The notes: generated by a model not told the origin, from the sequence alone. Positions 10,681-20,914 are shown, numbered from the stretch's first letter. The stretch: DNA of 64,000 nt from Sedimentisphaerales bacterium (GCA_963663805.2 CAXXMR010000020.1:224001-288000), one strand, 5' to 3'. A program made the numbers and translations.

Positions 10681-11445
10681 TTAGCCTTCTTTTTTCCGTT
10701 TTTTCTCTAAACTCTGGTTAAGTCGCCAGCTGTCGGTTATGATTTCGACCACGCTCACATGGTGGGTCAGTCGGTCCAGCAGAGCACCGGCTAATCTTTC
10801 ATCATCGCCAAAGACCTGGGGCCAATCGGCGAATGGCAGATTCGTTGTCACGATCAGGCTGGTTTGTTCATAGCACTGGCTGAAAAAGCCGAACAGATGT
10901 TCCGCTCCGATACGGTCGAACGGGACATAGCCCAGTTCATCGATGATGATCAGGTCGCATTTTTTTATATAGCTCTCTAATTTCAACACCGCTCTTTCCT
11001 GTCGGGCTTCGAGATACGTATTAACCAGTTCAGCAGCGGTAAAGAACCGCACTTTATAACCTCGTCGGCAGGCTTCCCGGCCGAGGGCGATGGCCAGATG
11101 ACTTTTACCCACGCCCGGCGGGCCGGTAAAGACGATATTACTGCGGCGGTCGATAAAGCCGCACATCGAAAGGTCGATAATCTGTTTTTTATTTATCTGC
11201 GGCACGGCCATAAAATCAAAACTTTCAAGTTCCTTAGTCATGGGGAAGTTTGCCTGTTTCAATCTCCTGGCGATGGCCTGCGACTGTCGATGAAAGACTT
11301 CGATTTCGGCCAGTCTTTGCAGATAACTTTCATAGGATTCGTTTGCCTGGGCGGATGCCCGGGCAATTGTCTGATACTCTTTTTGAATTGTCGGAAGCTT
11401 CAGGGTCTTGAGATAGCTTTTTAATAAAACCATTTGATCTTTCAT
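10681..11445 (-). CDS. istB: IS21 helper ATPase IstB
   Basis: GPPGVGKS, LIIIDELGY, TTNLPF, LLDRLTHH. Confidence 0.96.
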   Translation of the reverse strand: MKDQMVLLKSYLKTLKLPTIQKEYQTIARASAQANESYESYLQRLAEIEVFHRQSQAIARRLKQANFPMTKELESFDFMAVPQINKKQIIDLSMCGFIDRRSNIVFTGPPGVGKSHLAIALGREACRRGYKVRFFTAAELVNTYLEARQERAVLKLESYIKKCDLIIIDELGYVPFDRIGAEHLFGFFSQCYEQTSLIVTTNLPFADWPQVFGDDERLAGALLDRLTHHVSVVEIITDSWRLNQSLEKKRKKEG

Positions 11446-12929
11446 GCTACCTCCCCGGCCAACTGGTTATAAACATCGAGATTGCGTTTGCCATCGCCTT
11501 GGTTTACCAGGACTTGATTGCCGGCAAGGTTCAATTGTGAGCCGTTACGTAAAAAGCTTTCCACCGCTTCATCGCTGAACGCCCGGCACTTGACACAAAC
11601 ACCAACGGCATGTTCAACTTCTTTTTGCGGATGCCTGATAAAGAGCAGCAGGATGTTGATGTATTTACCGGTCCCTTCACTGCCGTATCGATATTCAAGC
11701 TCTGTTCGCATCAAGGTGAAATCTTCGCCCCAGGGCTGGCCCTTGAATGGCCGAGCATTATCCAGCGAACCGGGCTTACGCTCTAAAAGTTTGATATAAT
11801 GCAGCGGATCCAGGATATACTGGTCTTTATCGTAACATCTGGAATGCGAGGCAACCAGCTCATTTTTATAGAACAGGTCAACCCGGTCAACGAATACCTT
11901 GACCTGGCAAGATTGATAGGCATACTCCGTCGGCACCGAATACCGGTTAGTATCAACCCGTACTGTAAGCTGTTTGTCCGCAAAGGTGGATATTCGACGA
12001 CAGGCTTCAAACTTCTGCTCAGGCAGTTCGTATAAATGTGTTTTCTCTTCTGCAAATAAATCGCCAATGGTTTTATTCGTATGAGGTGCAGGGCCCTGGC
12101 GATCCAGTTCTTTGATACACTGAGCAATCAGCATCTCATTCAGCTGAGCCATATCGGTAACTCTCGGAACCGGAGAGAAGAACTGCCTTTCACTTCGCTT
12201 GGCGAGATTCTCGACATCGCCTTTTTCATTACCTTTAGCGACATTGCAAAAACGAGTGTCAAACAAATACCAACTCTTAAGCTCTACGAATTTGCGGTTG
12301 AGCCGACGCTTGCCTTTTTTGAGAACCTTTAGAACCGCAGTTTTTAAATTGTCGTAAGCAATGCGTTTGGGCACGCCGCCGAAATATTCAAACGCCCGGA
12401 CATGGCCGTCAAGAAAACATTCGATCTTCATGCTCTCGTAAGCACAAACAAAAGGAGCCTTAGAACAGCACAGCTTCATGCAAAAAACGTAGACCTTCTT
12501 CTCCCTGCCGTTTTCTTTAATGTTAGCTTCATGCCAGTCAACTTGGGCTTCTTCGCCAAACTCAAACGCTAACGGCAGGTAAGCTTCTTTTTGGCGATTA
12601 CTCGCCTCCTTGATATACCGCTGGACAGTGCTGTAATGGCCGGTGAAACCATACTCGTCACAAAGCCGCTGATACATTTTGGTCGCCTGCATCCGCTGCT
12701 TACGCCGAACCTTTTTGTCAGATTCCAGCCAGGTGTCAATAATGTGCGCGAAGGGATCCATGACAGCCTTGACCCGCGGCTGACTGAGCCGATAGCCCGG
12801 CGGAATCGGATTTTTCAGGGCCTTGGCCACCGTGTTACGCGAATGCCCCAGCTCCAGGGCAACCTCACGTTGCGATATCCCATCACGAACTTTACGTCTG
12901 ATAATCTCATAATGCTCCACTGTAAGCAC
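11442..12929 (-). CDS. istA: IS21 transposase IstA
   Basis: N-terminal HTH, EAQVDW, FEYFGGVP..IAYDN, NEKGDVEN. Confidence 0.96.
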   Translation of the reverse strand: MLTVEHYEIIRRKVRDGISQREVALELGHSRNTVAKALKNPIPPGYRLSQPRVKAVMDPFAHIIDTWLESDKKVRRKQRMQATKMYQRLCDEYGFTGHYSTVQRYIKEASNRQKEAYLPLAFEFGEEAQVDWHEANIKENGREKKVYVFCMKLCCSKAPFVCAYESMKIECFLDGHVRAFEYFGGVPKRIAYDNLKTAVLKVLKKGKRRLNRKFVELKSWYLFDTRFCNVAKGNEKGDVENLAKRSERQFFSPVPRVTDMAQLNEMLIAQCIKELDRQGPAPHTNKTIGDLFAEEKTHLYELPEQKFEACRRISTFADKQLTVRVDTNRYSVPTEYAYQSCQVKVFVDRVDLFYKNELVASHSRCYDKDQYILDPLHYIKLLERKPGSLDNARPFKGQPWGEDFTLMRTELEYRYGSEGTGKYINILLLFIRHPQKEVEHAVGVCVKCRAFSDEAVESFLRNGSQLNLAGNQVLVNQGDGKRNLDVYNQLAGEVA

Positions 12930-13287
12930 CTTTCTAAGCCTCCTGTGTCTAAAATGTTACGTATCTTAAACACATCTTATCGGCCTTTTACAGTGGCTCC
13001 TTTTTCGATGCTTTTTCAGAAGAGAAAACCCGCAAATCTGGCTCCATTTTCAATGCTAATCACCAATATTGATGGCACTTTACAAAAAGTACATTGTTTC
13101 GCGATGAGCCTGCCGTACTCAGATATGTTTTTTGTCAAAGCTTATCCGCGTGAATGTACCGAATCCTTCTGGGATGGTCACGTTAATGCGTTTGAGTTTT
13201 TCGGCGGTGTTCCTAATCGTATCAGCTATGACAACTCCCGGATTGCAATTTGTAAGATTACCGGTTGTCATCAGCGAATTTTAACTA

Positions 13288-14785
13288 GTCTTCCCGGAAA
13301 AAGTTTTAAGTTCTTATTTTTGCGTATGTTATATGTAAAATGTGTGGTATAATATTGCAGGTAAGCTATGGAATGCCTTTCAGAACCTTGCAATATGGAT
13401 ACAAAAGATGAAGCCCAAAACGACTCCCTCGAATCAATTTGAGCTGTTTCAGGCTCACTTCAAACAGATTCTCAATCTGGACCACGAATTATGCCGTTTG
13501 GCCGACACGATTGATTGGCCGGGTCTGGATGCCCACTTCGCTGATTGTTACAGCGCGGAGATGGGTCGTCCCGGCAATGCGATTCGTTTGATGGTTGGTT
13601 TGCACTATCTCAAGCATGCCTTTGACGAATCTGATGAATCGGTAATTGCCCGTTGGGTTGAGAATCCTTACTGGCAGTACTTCTGCGGTTTTGAATATCT
13701 GCAGCACACTTGTCCAATTCATCCGACCAGCATGGTTAAATGGCGTCAGCGTGTTGGTGCTGACAATCTTGAAAAGCTGTTGGCTGAGACCATCCGTCTG
13801 GCTCTATCGCACAAACAGGTTACTCCTCAGCAGTTGTCTAAAATCACGGTGGATACGACGGTTCAGGAAAAAGCGATTTCCTTTCCGACCGATGCCCGCC
13901 TTTATACCAAGATGCTGTTACGGCTGGTGAATCTTTGCAAACAACGTGGAATTCGATTACGCCAGACCTACATTCGTAAAGCCCCTCAACTCTTAAAGCA
14001 GCAAGGCCGTTACGCCCATGCCAGACAGTTTAAACGTGCTCGACGTTGTACAAAAACATTGCGTACATTATTAGGTCGGGTGGTTCGCGATATTACCCGC
14101 AAGGCGGCTATCATCGATTCTCAACTTCAGGAATTCCTCAACCGTGCCGAAAAACTTTTGGCTCAGCAGCGTAAAAGTAAAAATAAGCTCTACAGTATCG
14201 ATGCTCCGGAAGTTGAATGTATCAGCAAAGGCAAAGCCCATAAACCTTATGAGTTTGGCTGTAAAGTCAGCGTTGCCGCCACCAATGAAAGTAACTGGAT
14301 CGTCGGCGTTCAGGCTTTGCACGGCAATCCTTATGACGGCCATACGCTGGCGAACGCTATTGAACAGGTCGAACGAATTACCGGTAAATCTACCAAAGAA
14401 GCGTTCGTTGATAAGGGCTATCGCGGCCATGGTTATAATGGCGACACTCACATATACATCACCGGCCAACGAGGTCGCGGCCAAGCCGGCCCGGCCCTGC
14501 GAAAACGAAAGAAACGGCGGTCCGCAGTGGAACCAAAGATCGGACATATGAAAAGTGACAACCGAATTGATCGAAACTTCCTGAAAGGCAAAGAGGGCGA
14601 CCGAATCAATGCACTGTTGGCCGGTATCGGAGCCAATATCCGCAAATTACTGGCCGCCTTTTGGCCTGCGCCGACCGAATGGGAATGGATTTACATATTA
14701 AACTGCCGAATATTCCTGGTTTTCAGAAAAAATGAGGCACAAAAATAAGGTCGTAGTCGCTTAAATCGACTTTTTCAGGGGCGAC
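13288..14785 (+). mobile_element. IS5-family insertion sequence (1498 bp) with TAACTA target duplication
   Basis: Imperfect IRs GTCTTCCCGGAAAAAGT / GTCGCCCCTGAAAAAGT; TAACTA at 13282-13287 and 14786-14791. Confidence 0.93.
13408..14748 (+). CDS. IS5-family transposase
   Basis: WVENPYWQYFCG, VDTTVQEK, KGKAHKPYEFG, VDKGYRG, RRSAVEPKIGHMK. Confidence 0.95.
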   Translation: MKPKTTPSNQFELFQAHFKQILNLDHELCRLADTIDWPGLDAHFADCYSAEMGRPGNAIRLMVGLHYLKHAFDESDESVIARWVENPYWQYFCGFEYLQHTCPIHPTSMVKWRQRVGADNLEKLLAETIRLALSHKQVTPQQLSKITVDTTVQEKAISFPTDARLYTKMLLRLVNLCKQRGIRLRQTYIRKAPQLLKQQGRYAHARQFKRARRCTKTLRTLLGRVVRDITRKAAIIDSQLQEFLNRAEKLLAQQRKSKNKLYSIDAPEVECISKGKAHKPYEFGCKVSVAATNESNWIVGVQALHGNPYDGHTLANAIEQVERITGKSTKEAFVDKGYRGHGYNGDTHIYITGQRGRGQAGPALRKRKKRRSAVEPKIGHMKSDNRIDRNFLKGKEGDRINALLAGIGANIRKLLAAFWPAPTEWEWIYILNCRIFLVFRKNEAQK

Positions 14786-15659
14786 TAACTAAAGGTTTTC
14801 TAGAATTACAAAGCCATTACCTGTTTGTACCTCACTTTTGTACGGTTCGTCGTCCTAACGAAAAAGGTGTAGTTGAGAATATTGTACGTTATGCTCGTAA
14901 TAACTTCATGGTCCCGGTTCCACAAGTCAACAGCTTTGAGCATCTCAATGAACAGTTGTGGGAATCCTGCTGGAATGAGCAGCATCGTACCTTACGTGGC
15001 AAAGGTAAAACCAAGCTGGAGTTATGGCTAGAGGATGGCCAGGCGTTTTTAGCCAAGCCCGCCGTCGCATTTGATTCCTGTTGTAAAAGTACTGTAAACG
15101 CCGGCAGTTTGTCGCTGATAAGATATAAAAGCAATGACTATTCGGTACCGGTTCGCTACGGCCATCATGAACTGATCGTTAAAGCTTATGTCAATACGAT
15201 TGTGATCTGCACAAAATGTGGTGAACAAATAGCCAGACATGATCGTTTATGGTCCAAAGGACAGATCAGCTATAATCCCCGGCATTATCTGCCCTTATTG
15301 AGCGATAAGCCCGGTTCTCTGGATTACGGAGATCCTCTCAAAGATATGAATCTGCCGGAATGTTTTAATATTCTTCGCAAAAAACTTGAGGCCCAACTTC
15401 CAGAGAGACATGAAGGTACTCGAGAATATATCAAAATATTACAGCTTCTGAACAAATATCCATTTAAACGACTTTGTAAGGCCATAGATAAATCTTTACG
15501 ACTTGCCTGTCCGAATGTTGATATTGTCAGCCAGTATTGCCTGGACATTGAACATCCTTCGGCCCTGACATTTAATCTGGCCGGTCGAGAGCATTTAGCC
15601 TCGGTTCAGGTGAATAGTCCTGTGTTAAGTGATTATGATAATTTGAAGGAGGCGGCGAT

Positions 15660-15887
15660 ATGAGTGGACAAGCCACAGTTTTATTAGAGCATCATCTGAA
15701 ATTTTTGAAGCTGCCGACGATGAAGAATGAATATGATGTCATAGCCGCACGTTGTGCTAAGGATAACAGCGATTATGCCACTTATTTACTGAGGCTGGCA
15801 GAACGTGAAGTAATCGAACGTCAGCATCGGGCTATGCAGCGGCGGATCAAAGATGCCCGGTTCCCGATCCTCAAGACCATTGACACT
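15660..15887 (+). pseudogene. istB: Truncated istB of the second IS21
   Basis: LEHHLKFLKLPTM...RRIKDARFPILKTIDT, then similarity is lost before the Walker A motif. Confidence 0.88.
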
Positions 15888-16201
15888 CAGCGGCCTGTCG
15901 CAGGCTTCCAATACAATGGCGGCGGCGTTAATAAGCGACATCGGTTTACATTTGCCGCCAGTTGCGTCAGGTTCGCCCGTGTTGGTAGTTTTTGGGGCGG
16001 TGGTACTTGGGCCGCCTTCGTGGGTTTGGCGACAAGTTCCCGCAAACGCTGGGTACTCTTAATCCTAATGATTTTTTCGGTCTTAAGACTTTTGCCTTCC
16101 CAGCCACCGTTTTCATGCTCACAGATGATTTCTACTTGAGCAAGATTATTGGCGATCTTGACCAGATAGACAGCGTGGACTTCTACTTCATTATTCTTCA
16201 T
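15880..16201 (-). pseudogene. Frameshifted, truncated element protein with start of a winged-helix (HARE-HTH-like) domain
   Basis: MKNNEV...GGWEGKSLKTEKIIRIKSTQRLR; another frame continues KPMSLINAAAIVLEACDRPLSV and is cut at the istB junction. Confidence 0.6.
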
Positions 16202-16204
16202 AGT

Positions 16205-16399
16205 TTAAATTCCTTTCCGGTGAATTTTTCTCGCCATAGCGGAGCCGGCGTTGAAGGCCAGCTCCATAATGGTTTGGATTTCCCAGACAGCCAGGCTGTG
16301 GAAATCTTCATCTTTGTTATGTCTGGTTTCCAAAGTAATGATGTCCAGTTCCTCGCGAACGATACGTTCAAAAAGATGGTTTATTTTTGTAGATTCAAT
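16205..16399 (-). pseudogene. DUF6900-like small protein without a canonical start (ATT after RBS)
   Basis: Manual translation ...IITLETRHNKDEDFHSLAVWEIQTIMELAFNAG...; GAAAGGA upstream. Confidence 0.55.
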
Positions 16400-16420
16400 T
16401 GTGGTTTTGTCCTTTCCGGT

Positions 16421-16693
16421 TCAATCGGCCAACATCTGCAACTTACGCAGGTAATCGTGAATCATGGAGTTAGTACCTTCGTGCCCGTCGAGATGCTTCT
16501 GCATTTTACAGGCCAGGTCCCAGATTTTCTTTTCATCGTTAGCATCACATTTGTATTTCTGTTCACCATCACAGCTAATCAATACCATGCGGACATCTTT
16601 GTCGCTAGGGACGCGGCTGATAGTGGCGAAGGTTTCGGGCAGATGTTGGCCTTTCTTTATAAAACCCGCGAATTTGATTTAGATAATTTCCAT
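16421..16693 (-). pseudogene. Small element protein with premature stop at codon 5
   Basis: ATG GAA ATT ATC TAA, then open frame to ...HLDGHEGTNSMIHDYLRKLQMLAD*. Confidence 0.55.
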
Positions 16694-16711
16694 TATTGGG
16701 TTTTCTTTCTG

Positions 16712-16981
16712 TTAGCAGTAGCCATTCTCTTTGGCGATGAAGTTATAAAGCCTGTAGGGAACCTGGTCGCAGGCGAGGGTGTCGAGGGTTTGCAGTTTGT
16801 TCCAGGCGGCCTGGAAGTTGTGTTTGCGGGCGTATTTGAGTACGATATTGAGGTTGCGGGTGTCGGCCGCGAACATCTCGGCGAGTTCTGCGTCTTTTTC
16901 CCGTTTGCCCTTGTTTTGCCAGCGGGTGATCATGTTTTCGAATCTGGTCAGGTCTCGTTTGAAAGTTGCGTAGGTCTTCAT
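16712..16981 (-). CDS. Hypothetical protein (element remnant)
   Basis: 89-aa ORF with AAAGGGA RBS, first of a co-directional string of small genes. Confidence 0.6.
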   Translation of the reverse strand: MKTYATFKRDLTRFENMITRWQNKGKREKDAELAEMFAADTRNLNIVLKYARKHNFQAAWNKLQTLDTLACDQVPYRLYNFIAKENGYC

Positions 16982-17381
16982 TGTAATCCCTTTCTATTAA
17001 ATGCTTTACATTCAATTTCCATATTAACATTACAATGCTTTTAGCCCTCAATCCAGTTGATTGAGGCATTAAATTTTGAAAATCTGGATAATTTTGGGCA
17101 CGCCTGATTGGCTTCGGAATAACCCAAAAAAATAACAAAGAAAATCCCCATTAACAGAACGTCCCCTCACCAGCCATCTCGAACACCACTCACCACCCCA
17201 CCGGTGACCAAAACGGTGCTCCCCGGTGCCCATTTTGGTGCCGGATGGCAGGCCACTAGAGATTATGGCTGTCCACCACTGGCAAGACATGCCCACCACG
17301 CACCAGTCTACAACACACACAACTATCTACAAAATAAAAGCTTAGATAAACCAAGACAACCCCCGGCAAATAATGGCAAAA

Positions 17382-17452
17382 AGCGGGCGATGGGAATCGA
17401 ACCCACATAGCCAGCTTGGAAGGCTGGAGCTTTACCATTAAGCTACGCCCGC
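17382..17452 (-). tRNA. tRNA-Gly (TCC), CCA not encoded
   Basis: GCGGGCGTAGCTTAATGGTAAAGCTCCAGCCTTCCAAGCTGGCTATGTGGGTTCGATTCCCATCGCCCGCT folds as a cloverleaf. Confidence 0.97.
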
Positions 17453-17464
17453 ATGGGAAGTTAC

Positions 17465-17493
17465 CTTATAGCATTGCACCAACGGGCGGTCAA
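17465..17493 (-). promoter_or_regulatory. sigma70-type promoter of tRNA-Gly
   Basis: TTGACC-N17-TATAAG just upstream of the tRNA. Confidence 0.65.
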
Positions 17494-17527
17494 GGTCAAA
17501 AAAGAAAGGACTCATCCAGCCCTGGTC

Positions 17528-18019
17528 CTACCAATTTCCCCGTTTCATGGCCCGTTTCATATCGCGGTCATTCTCCCGGTCCCGTATCTTCTCGCGCTTA
17601 TCACCGTGGCTCTTGCCGCTGGCGACCGCAACTTCAATTTTAGCGATCCCCCGTGTGAAATAAATCTTTGTAGGAACAAGAGTTAACCCCTTCTGGAGCA
17701 CCTTGACCTCGAGTTTTTTTAGTTCCCGCCTATGAATGAGCAATTTACGATTCCGCGTCGGTTCATGGTTCATCATATTGCCGTGTTCATAAAGCTCTAT
17801 CGTACATCCGATAAGGAACAGCTCCCCGTTCTGGATCCGACAATACGCCTCATCCAGAGAAGCCCTGCCGTTACGAAGGCTCTTAACCTCAGTACCCGTC
17901 AAAACCACCCCGGCCTCCAGCTTTTCCAGGAGCTGGTAGTTGAAATGAGCCTTTTTATTCTTAATGGCAGGCGTATGCTTCTGCTCGCCTGGTTTAGTTT
18001 TATCGGACTGCTTACTCAT
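17528..18019 (-). CDS. smpB: SsrA-binding protein
   Basis: NKKAHFNY, EAGVVLTGTEVKSLR, NHEPTRNRKLLIH, GKSHGDKRE. Confidence 0.98.
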   Translation of the reverse strand: MSKQSDKTKPGEQKHTPAIKNKKAHFNYQLLEKLEAGVVLTGTEVKSLRNGRASLDEAYCRIQNGELFLIGCTIELYEHGNMMNHEPTRNRKLLIHRRELKKLEVKVLQKGLTLVPTKIYFTRGIAKIEVAVASGKSHGDKREKIRDRENDRDMKRAMKRGNW

Positions 18020-18241
18020 CCCGCCATATTAGCGAAATACCGTTCATCAGGCAAGCAGACTTTACCTATCTGTGTTTCAGTCCTATAATTAAGTAAAGCT
18101 GGATAGTTTGCGGACAATAGCAAAACAAATGAATATAATGCCTAAGTTTTTTTACAGGAGTGATTTGTCAGACGTGATTTTGCAAGTTATACTTCCCTTG
18201 CGTATAGTGAGAAATTAGGAGAAAGCGAAAGGTTTTTTGTT

Positions 18242-20023
18242 GTGAACCATCCCAAAACAGTAATACATGTCACTCATGAGGCCGCCGGAAAAATCGGCGG
18301 CATAGGCAGCGTTCTGGAAGGCCTGATTAGTGCCCCGGCTTATCGAAAAGGCGTTGAACGCACAATTATTATCGGTCCAATGTTTGAACGCAAATGTTCA
18401 CCTACCGAACGGCTCGGCCCGGAAGGGAAAATCCTCTATTCTTCACTCGACGGAATTGTAGGCCGACAATACAGCACCGCGTTATCAAAAGTAGAGCACA
18501 AATTTGGTGTTTCAATAGTTTACGGCAAAAAACGTTTTGGTGACCATCAGGGCCAAATGACCGGCACCGCCGAAGTCATTCTTATTGATGTCAAGCGAGC
18601 CAACATCCACCCTGTAAACGGCCTGAAATCGTGGCTCTACGAAGAATACGGACTAGCCAGCAATCTGTACGAGAAAGACTGGTTTTTTGAACAATACATG
18701 AGGCTTGCCCCTGCGGCCCTGGCGGCATTACGTGCTGTCAATGCCGCCGACCCTCACGAACCGTCGCTGCTGATTGCCCACGAACACATGGGTGTCCCCA
18801 CCGCATTGGCGGCAATGGTCGAGCCTCTCCAGACGCACAAAACCGCGTTTTACGCCCACGAAACTGCCTCGGTAAGACAAATCGTCGAGAAACATCCTGG
18901 CCACGACACCATGTTCTATACTGCTCTGGACTGGGCCGAAAATAATAATATGTTCATCGAAGACATGTTCGGCTTGCAGGATCATAATTTCAAACATGCT
19001 CTGGTAAGAGCCGCCGCCCGCTGCGATACCATTCTGGCGGTAAGCGACCGCGTGGCCCAGGAACTCAAACGCCTCGACCCGGTGTTTCTAAATACGGATA
19101 TCGAAGTTGTATATAACGGCATACCCGATAAACCGGTTAGCCTCGACGAAAAATTCGCCGCCCGGGAACGTATGCGTCAATACGCCGAAAACCTGCTGGA
19201 TTTCCGCCCGCACCATATTTTCACACACGTTTGCCGTATTGCGCGAAGCAAGGCCCTATGGCGTGACCTGAGCGTACTTCATCATATTGACCATCAGTTT
19301 AACCGTGAAGGGCGCAGCGGAGTATTTTTTCTGCTCGGTACCGACATGCCGCAGCGGCCTGGAGTGGTCATAGAAAAAATGGAATCGGAATGGAACTGGC
19401 CGGTCGAACACCAGACCAAAGTGCCCGACCTTTCCCATGCCGAAGAAGAAATTTACAACCTGACCCGCTTTTTCAATGACAGCCACAGTAACATTAAAGT
19501 CGTGTTTGTCAATCAGTTTGGCTGGTCACAAGAACTTTGCGGCCCAAGAATGCCGGCGGACATGAAACCGGATGATATCCACATAGGAACAGACGCGGAA
19601 TTAGGACTAAGTATTTACGAGCCATTTGGGATTTCGGTGCTGGAACCACTCCGGGCTGGCGGCTTATGCCTCGTAAGCGACGTCTCCGGCTGCCTGGACC
19701 TTTTACACGAAGTTACAGACAATTTCGAACCTAACGTCATCGTCGCAAACTACTCCCATCTGGCCGGCGACATCGGCAATGACCTCGCCGCCATACAGGG
19801 CATTGACCAGGCCCGCAGAGACGGCCTGGAAGCCCACGTAAGCTACCATGCCGCCCAGAAACTTCTGGACCATCTGCCCCGTAGCGAAGCCCAGATGCAG
19901 CAGCTCATTAACAGCGGTGCGAAACTGGCCCATGAAATATCCTGGGAAAAAGTCACCGAACAATACATCCTGCCCGGCATAGATTCAGCCAGCAGCCATC
20001 AACGCAAACTGCGAATCGCATAA
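18242..20023 (+). CDS. Glycogen-synthase-like GT-B glycosyltransferase (GT3-like)
   Basis: THEAAGKIGGIGSV, IAHEHMG, SIYEPFGISVLEPL. Confidence 0.7.
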   Translation: MNHPKTVIHVTHEAAGKIGGIGSVLEGLISAPAYRKGVERTIIIGPMFERKCSPTERLGPEGKILYSSLDGIVGRQYSTALSKVEHKFGVSIVYGKKRFGDHQGQMTGTAEVILIDVKRANIHPVNGLKSWLYEEYGLASNLYEKDWFFEQYMRLAPAALAALRAVNAADPHEPSLLIAHEHMGVPTALAAMVEPLQTHKTAFYAHETASVRQIVEKHPGHDTMFYTALDWAENNNMFIEDMFGLQDHNFKHALVRAAARCDTILAVSDRVAQELKRLDPVFLNTDIEVVYNGIPDKPVSLDEKFAARERMRQYAENLLDFRPHHIFTHVCRIARSKALWRDLSVLHHIDHQFNREGRSGVFFLLGTDMPQRPGVVIEKMESEWNWPVEHQTKVPDLSHAEEEIYNLTRFFNDSHSNIKVVFVNQFGWSQELCGPRMPADMKPDDIHIGTDAELGLSIYEPFGISVLEPLRAGGLCLVSDVSGCLDLLHEVTDNFEPNVIVANYSHLAGDIGNDLAAIQGIDQARRDGLEAHVSYHAAQKLLDHLPRSEAQMQQLINSGAKLAHEISWEKVTEQYILPGIDSASSHQRKLRIA

Positions 20024-20059
20024 CTTAGCAAAACCATAAATGTTAAAATAGCTTCAGTC

Positions 20060-20225
20060 TTTTACAAATGAAATCTTGCGCAAAATGGCAACAATTTATC
20101 AGAGTCGCGTACGGAGGTAAGTAGTGCCGTTAAAAATCCGTGTAATCCGCGGTTAAATATTTTCGTTGTGGTTTTGAATTTTGAGATTAGAATTTGTATA
20201 AAATTTAGTGTTTATCTGGGTTAGG
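20060..20225 (+). repeat. Dispersed ~170-bp intergenic repeat, copy 1
   Basis: Shares blocks with the reverse complement of 35086-35254, including 29 identical bp TTTTACAAATGAAATCTTGCGCAAAATGG. Confidence 0.85.
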
Positions 20226-20277
20226 TATTTTATCGACAGTATACCCAATATACAGAAGTATACAAAGGTATGAGCTA

Positions 20278-20697
20278 ATGGCATTGGTAGAAATCAACTG
20301 GAAACCCGCCGACAAAACCGTACGCGATTTTGGCAATATTTCACCTCTCGCAACCCTGGTATTAGTACTGATACTCCACTTCTGGCGTGATTTACCCCTT
20401 AAAACCTGCTCAATCATATTCGCCGCGGGCATAGCGATATTCCTGATACGCCTTATCTCCCTAACCGCCGCCAAATACATCTTCATCGTTTTTTCAGCCG
20501 TCACAGCCCCAATCGGCATAGTGGTAAGCTTCGTCGTACTGCTGATATTCTATTATCTCATCATAACCCCCGTTGCCCTGTTTTTCAGAATCACAGGGCG
20601 TGACGTACTAACCCGAAAATTCGACCACCAGGTCAAGACTTACTGGCTTCCCCACAAAAAGACCCCAAGTCTCAAACAATATTTCAACCAGTTTTGA
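20278..20697 (+). CDS. SxtJ-family membrane protein
   Basis: RDFG, hydrophobic helices, IFYYLIITPVALFFRITGRDVL, C-terminal YFNQF. Confidence 0.85.
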   Translation: MALVEINWKPADKTVRDFGNISPLATLVLVLILHFWRDLPLKTCSIIFAAGIAIFLIRLISLTAAKYIFIVFSAVTAPIGIVVSFVVLLIFYYLIITPVALFFRITGRDVLTRKFDHQVKTYWLPHKKTPSLKQYFNQF

Positions 20698-20710
20698 CAG
20701 GATATTAATA

Positions 20711-20914
20711 ATGACTAAGGACCAGGAAAACAAACAATCTTTCGAAGAGCTTTCCCAGGAAGAACGCACATCATTTTCCGCCGAACTCTGGTTTTTTCTC
20801 AAAAACAACAAGAAATGGTGGCTCCTGCCCATCCTGGTCGTACTGGCCCTACTGACAGGCCTGGCAATCCTCGGCGGTTCCGCCCTGGCACCATTCATAT
20901 ACCCGCTATTCTAA
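20711..20914 (+). CDS. DUF5989-family small membrane protein
   Basis: FLKNNKKWWLLPI...APFIYPLF. Confidence 0.88.
   Translation: MTKDQENKQSFEELSQEERTSFSAELWFFLKNNKKWWLLPILVVLALLTGLAILGGSALAPFIYPLF

Larger units (their letters stand above)
10554..13065 (-). mobile_element. Intact IS21-family insertion sequence
   Basis: Perfect 34-bp terminal IR TGGTGATTAGCATTGAAAATGGAGCCAGATTTGC (10554-10587 / 13032-13065); subterminal GAGCCACT repeats; istA-istB with ATGA overlap. Confidence 0.96.
13066..15663 (+). pseudogene. istA: Second IS21 istA, 5'-truncated and split by IS5 (pieces 13066-13287 and 14792-15663)
   Basis: NIDGTLQKVHCF...FEFFGGVPNRISYDNS...HQRILT rejoins in frame to KGFLELQSHYLF...PNEKGVVEN once the IS5 and one TAACTA are removed. 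Confidence 0.92.

Noticed and set aside
12591..13352. 253-aa ORF spanning IS ends
   Set aside because: Chimera of istA antisense, the IR and the istA-2 fragment.
15992..17044. 350-aa plus-strand ORF
   Set aside because: Antisense to four small minus-strand genes that have RBSs and recognisable motifs.
17453..18240. tmRNA next to smpB
   Set aside because: No ssrA-like ends or tag frame recognised.
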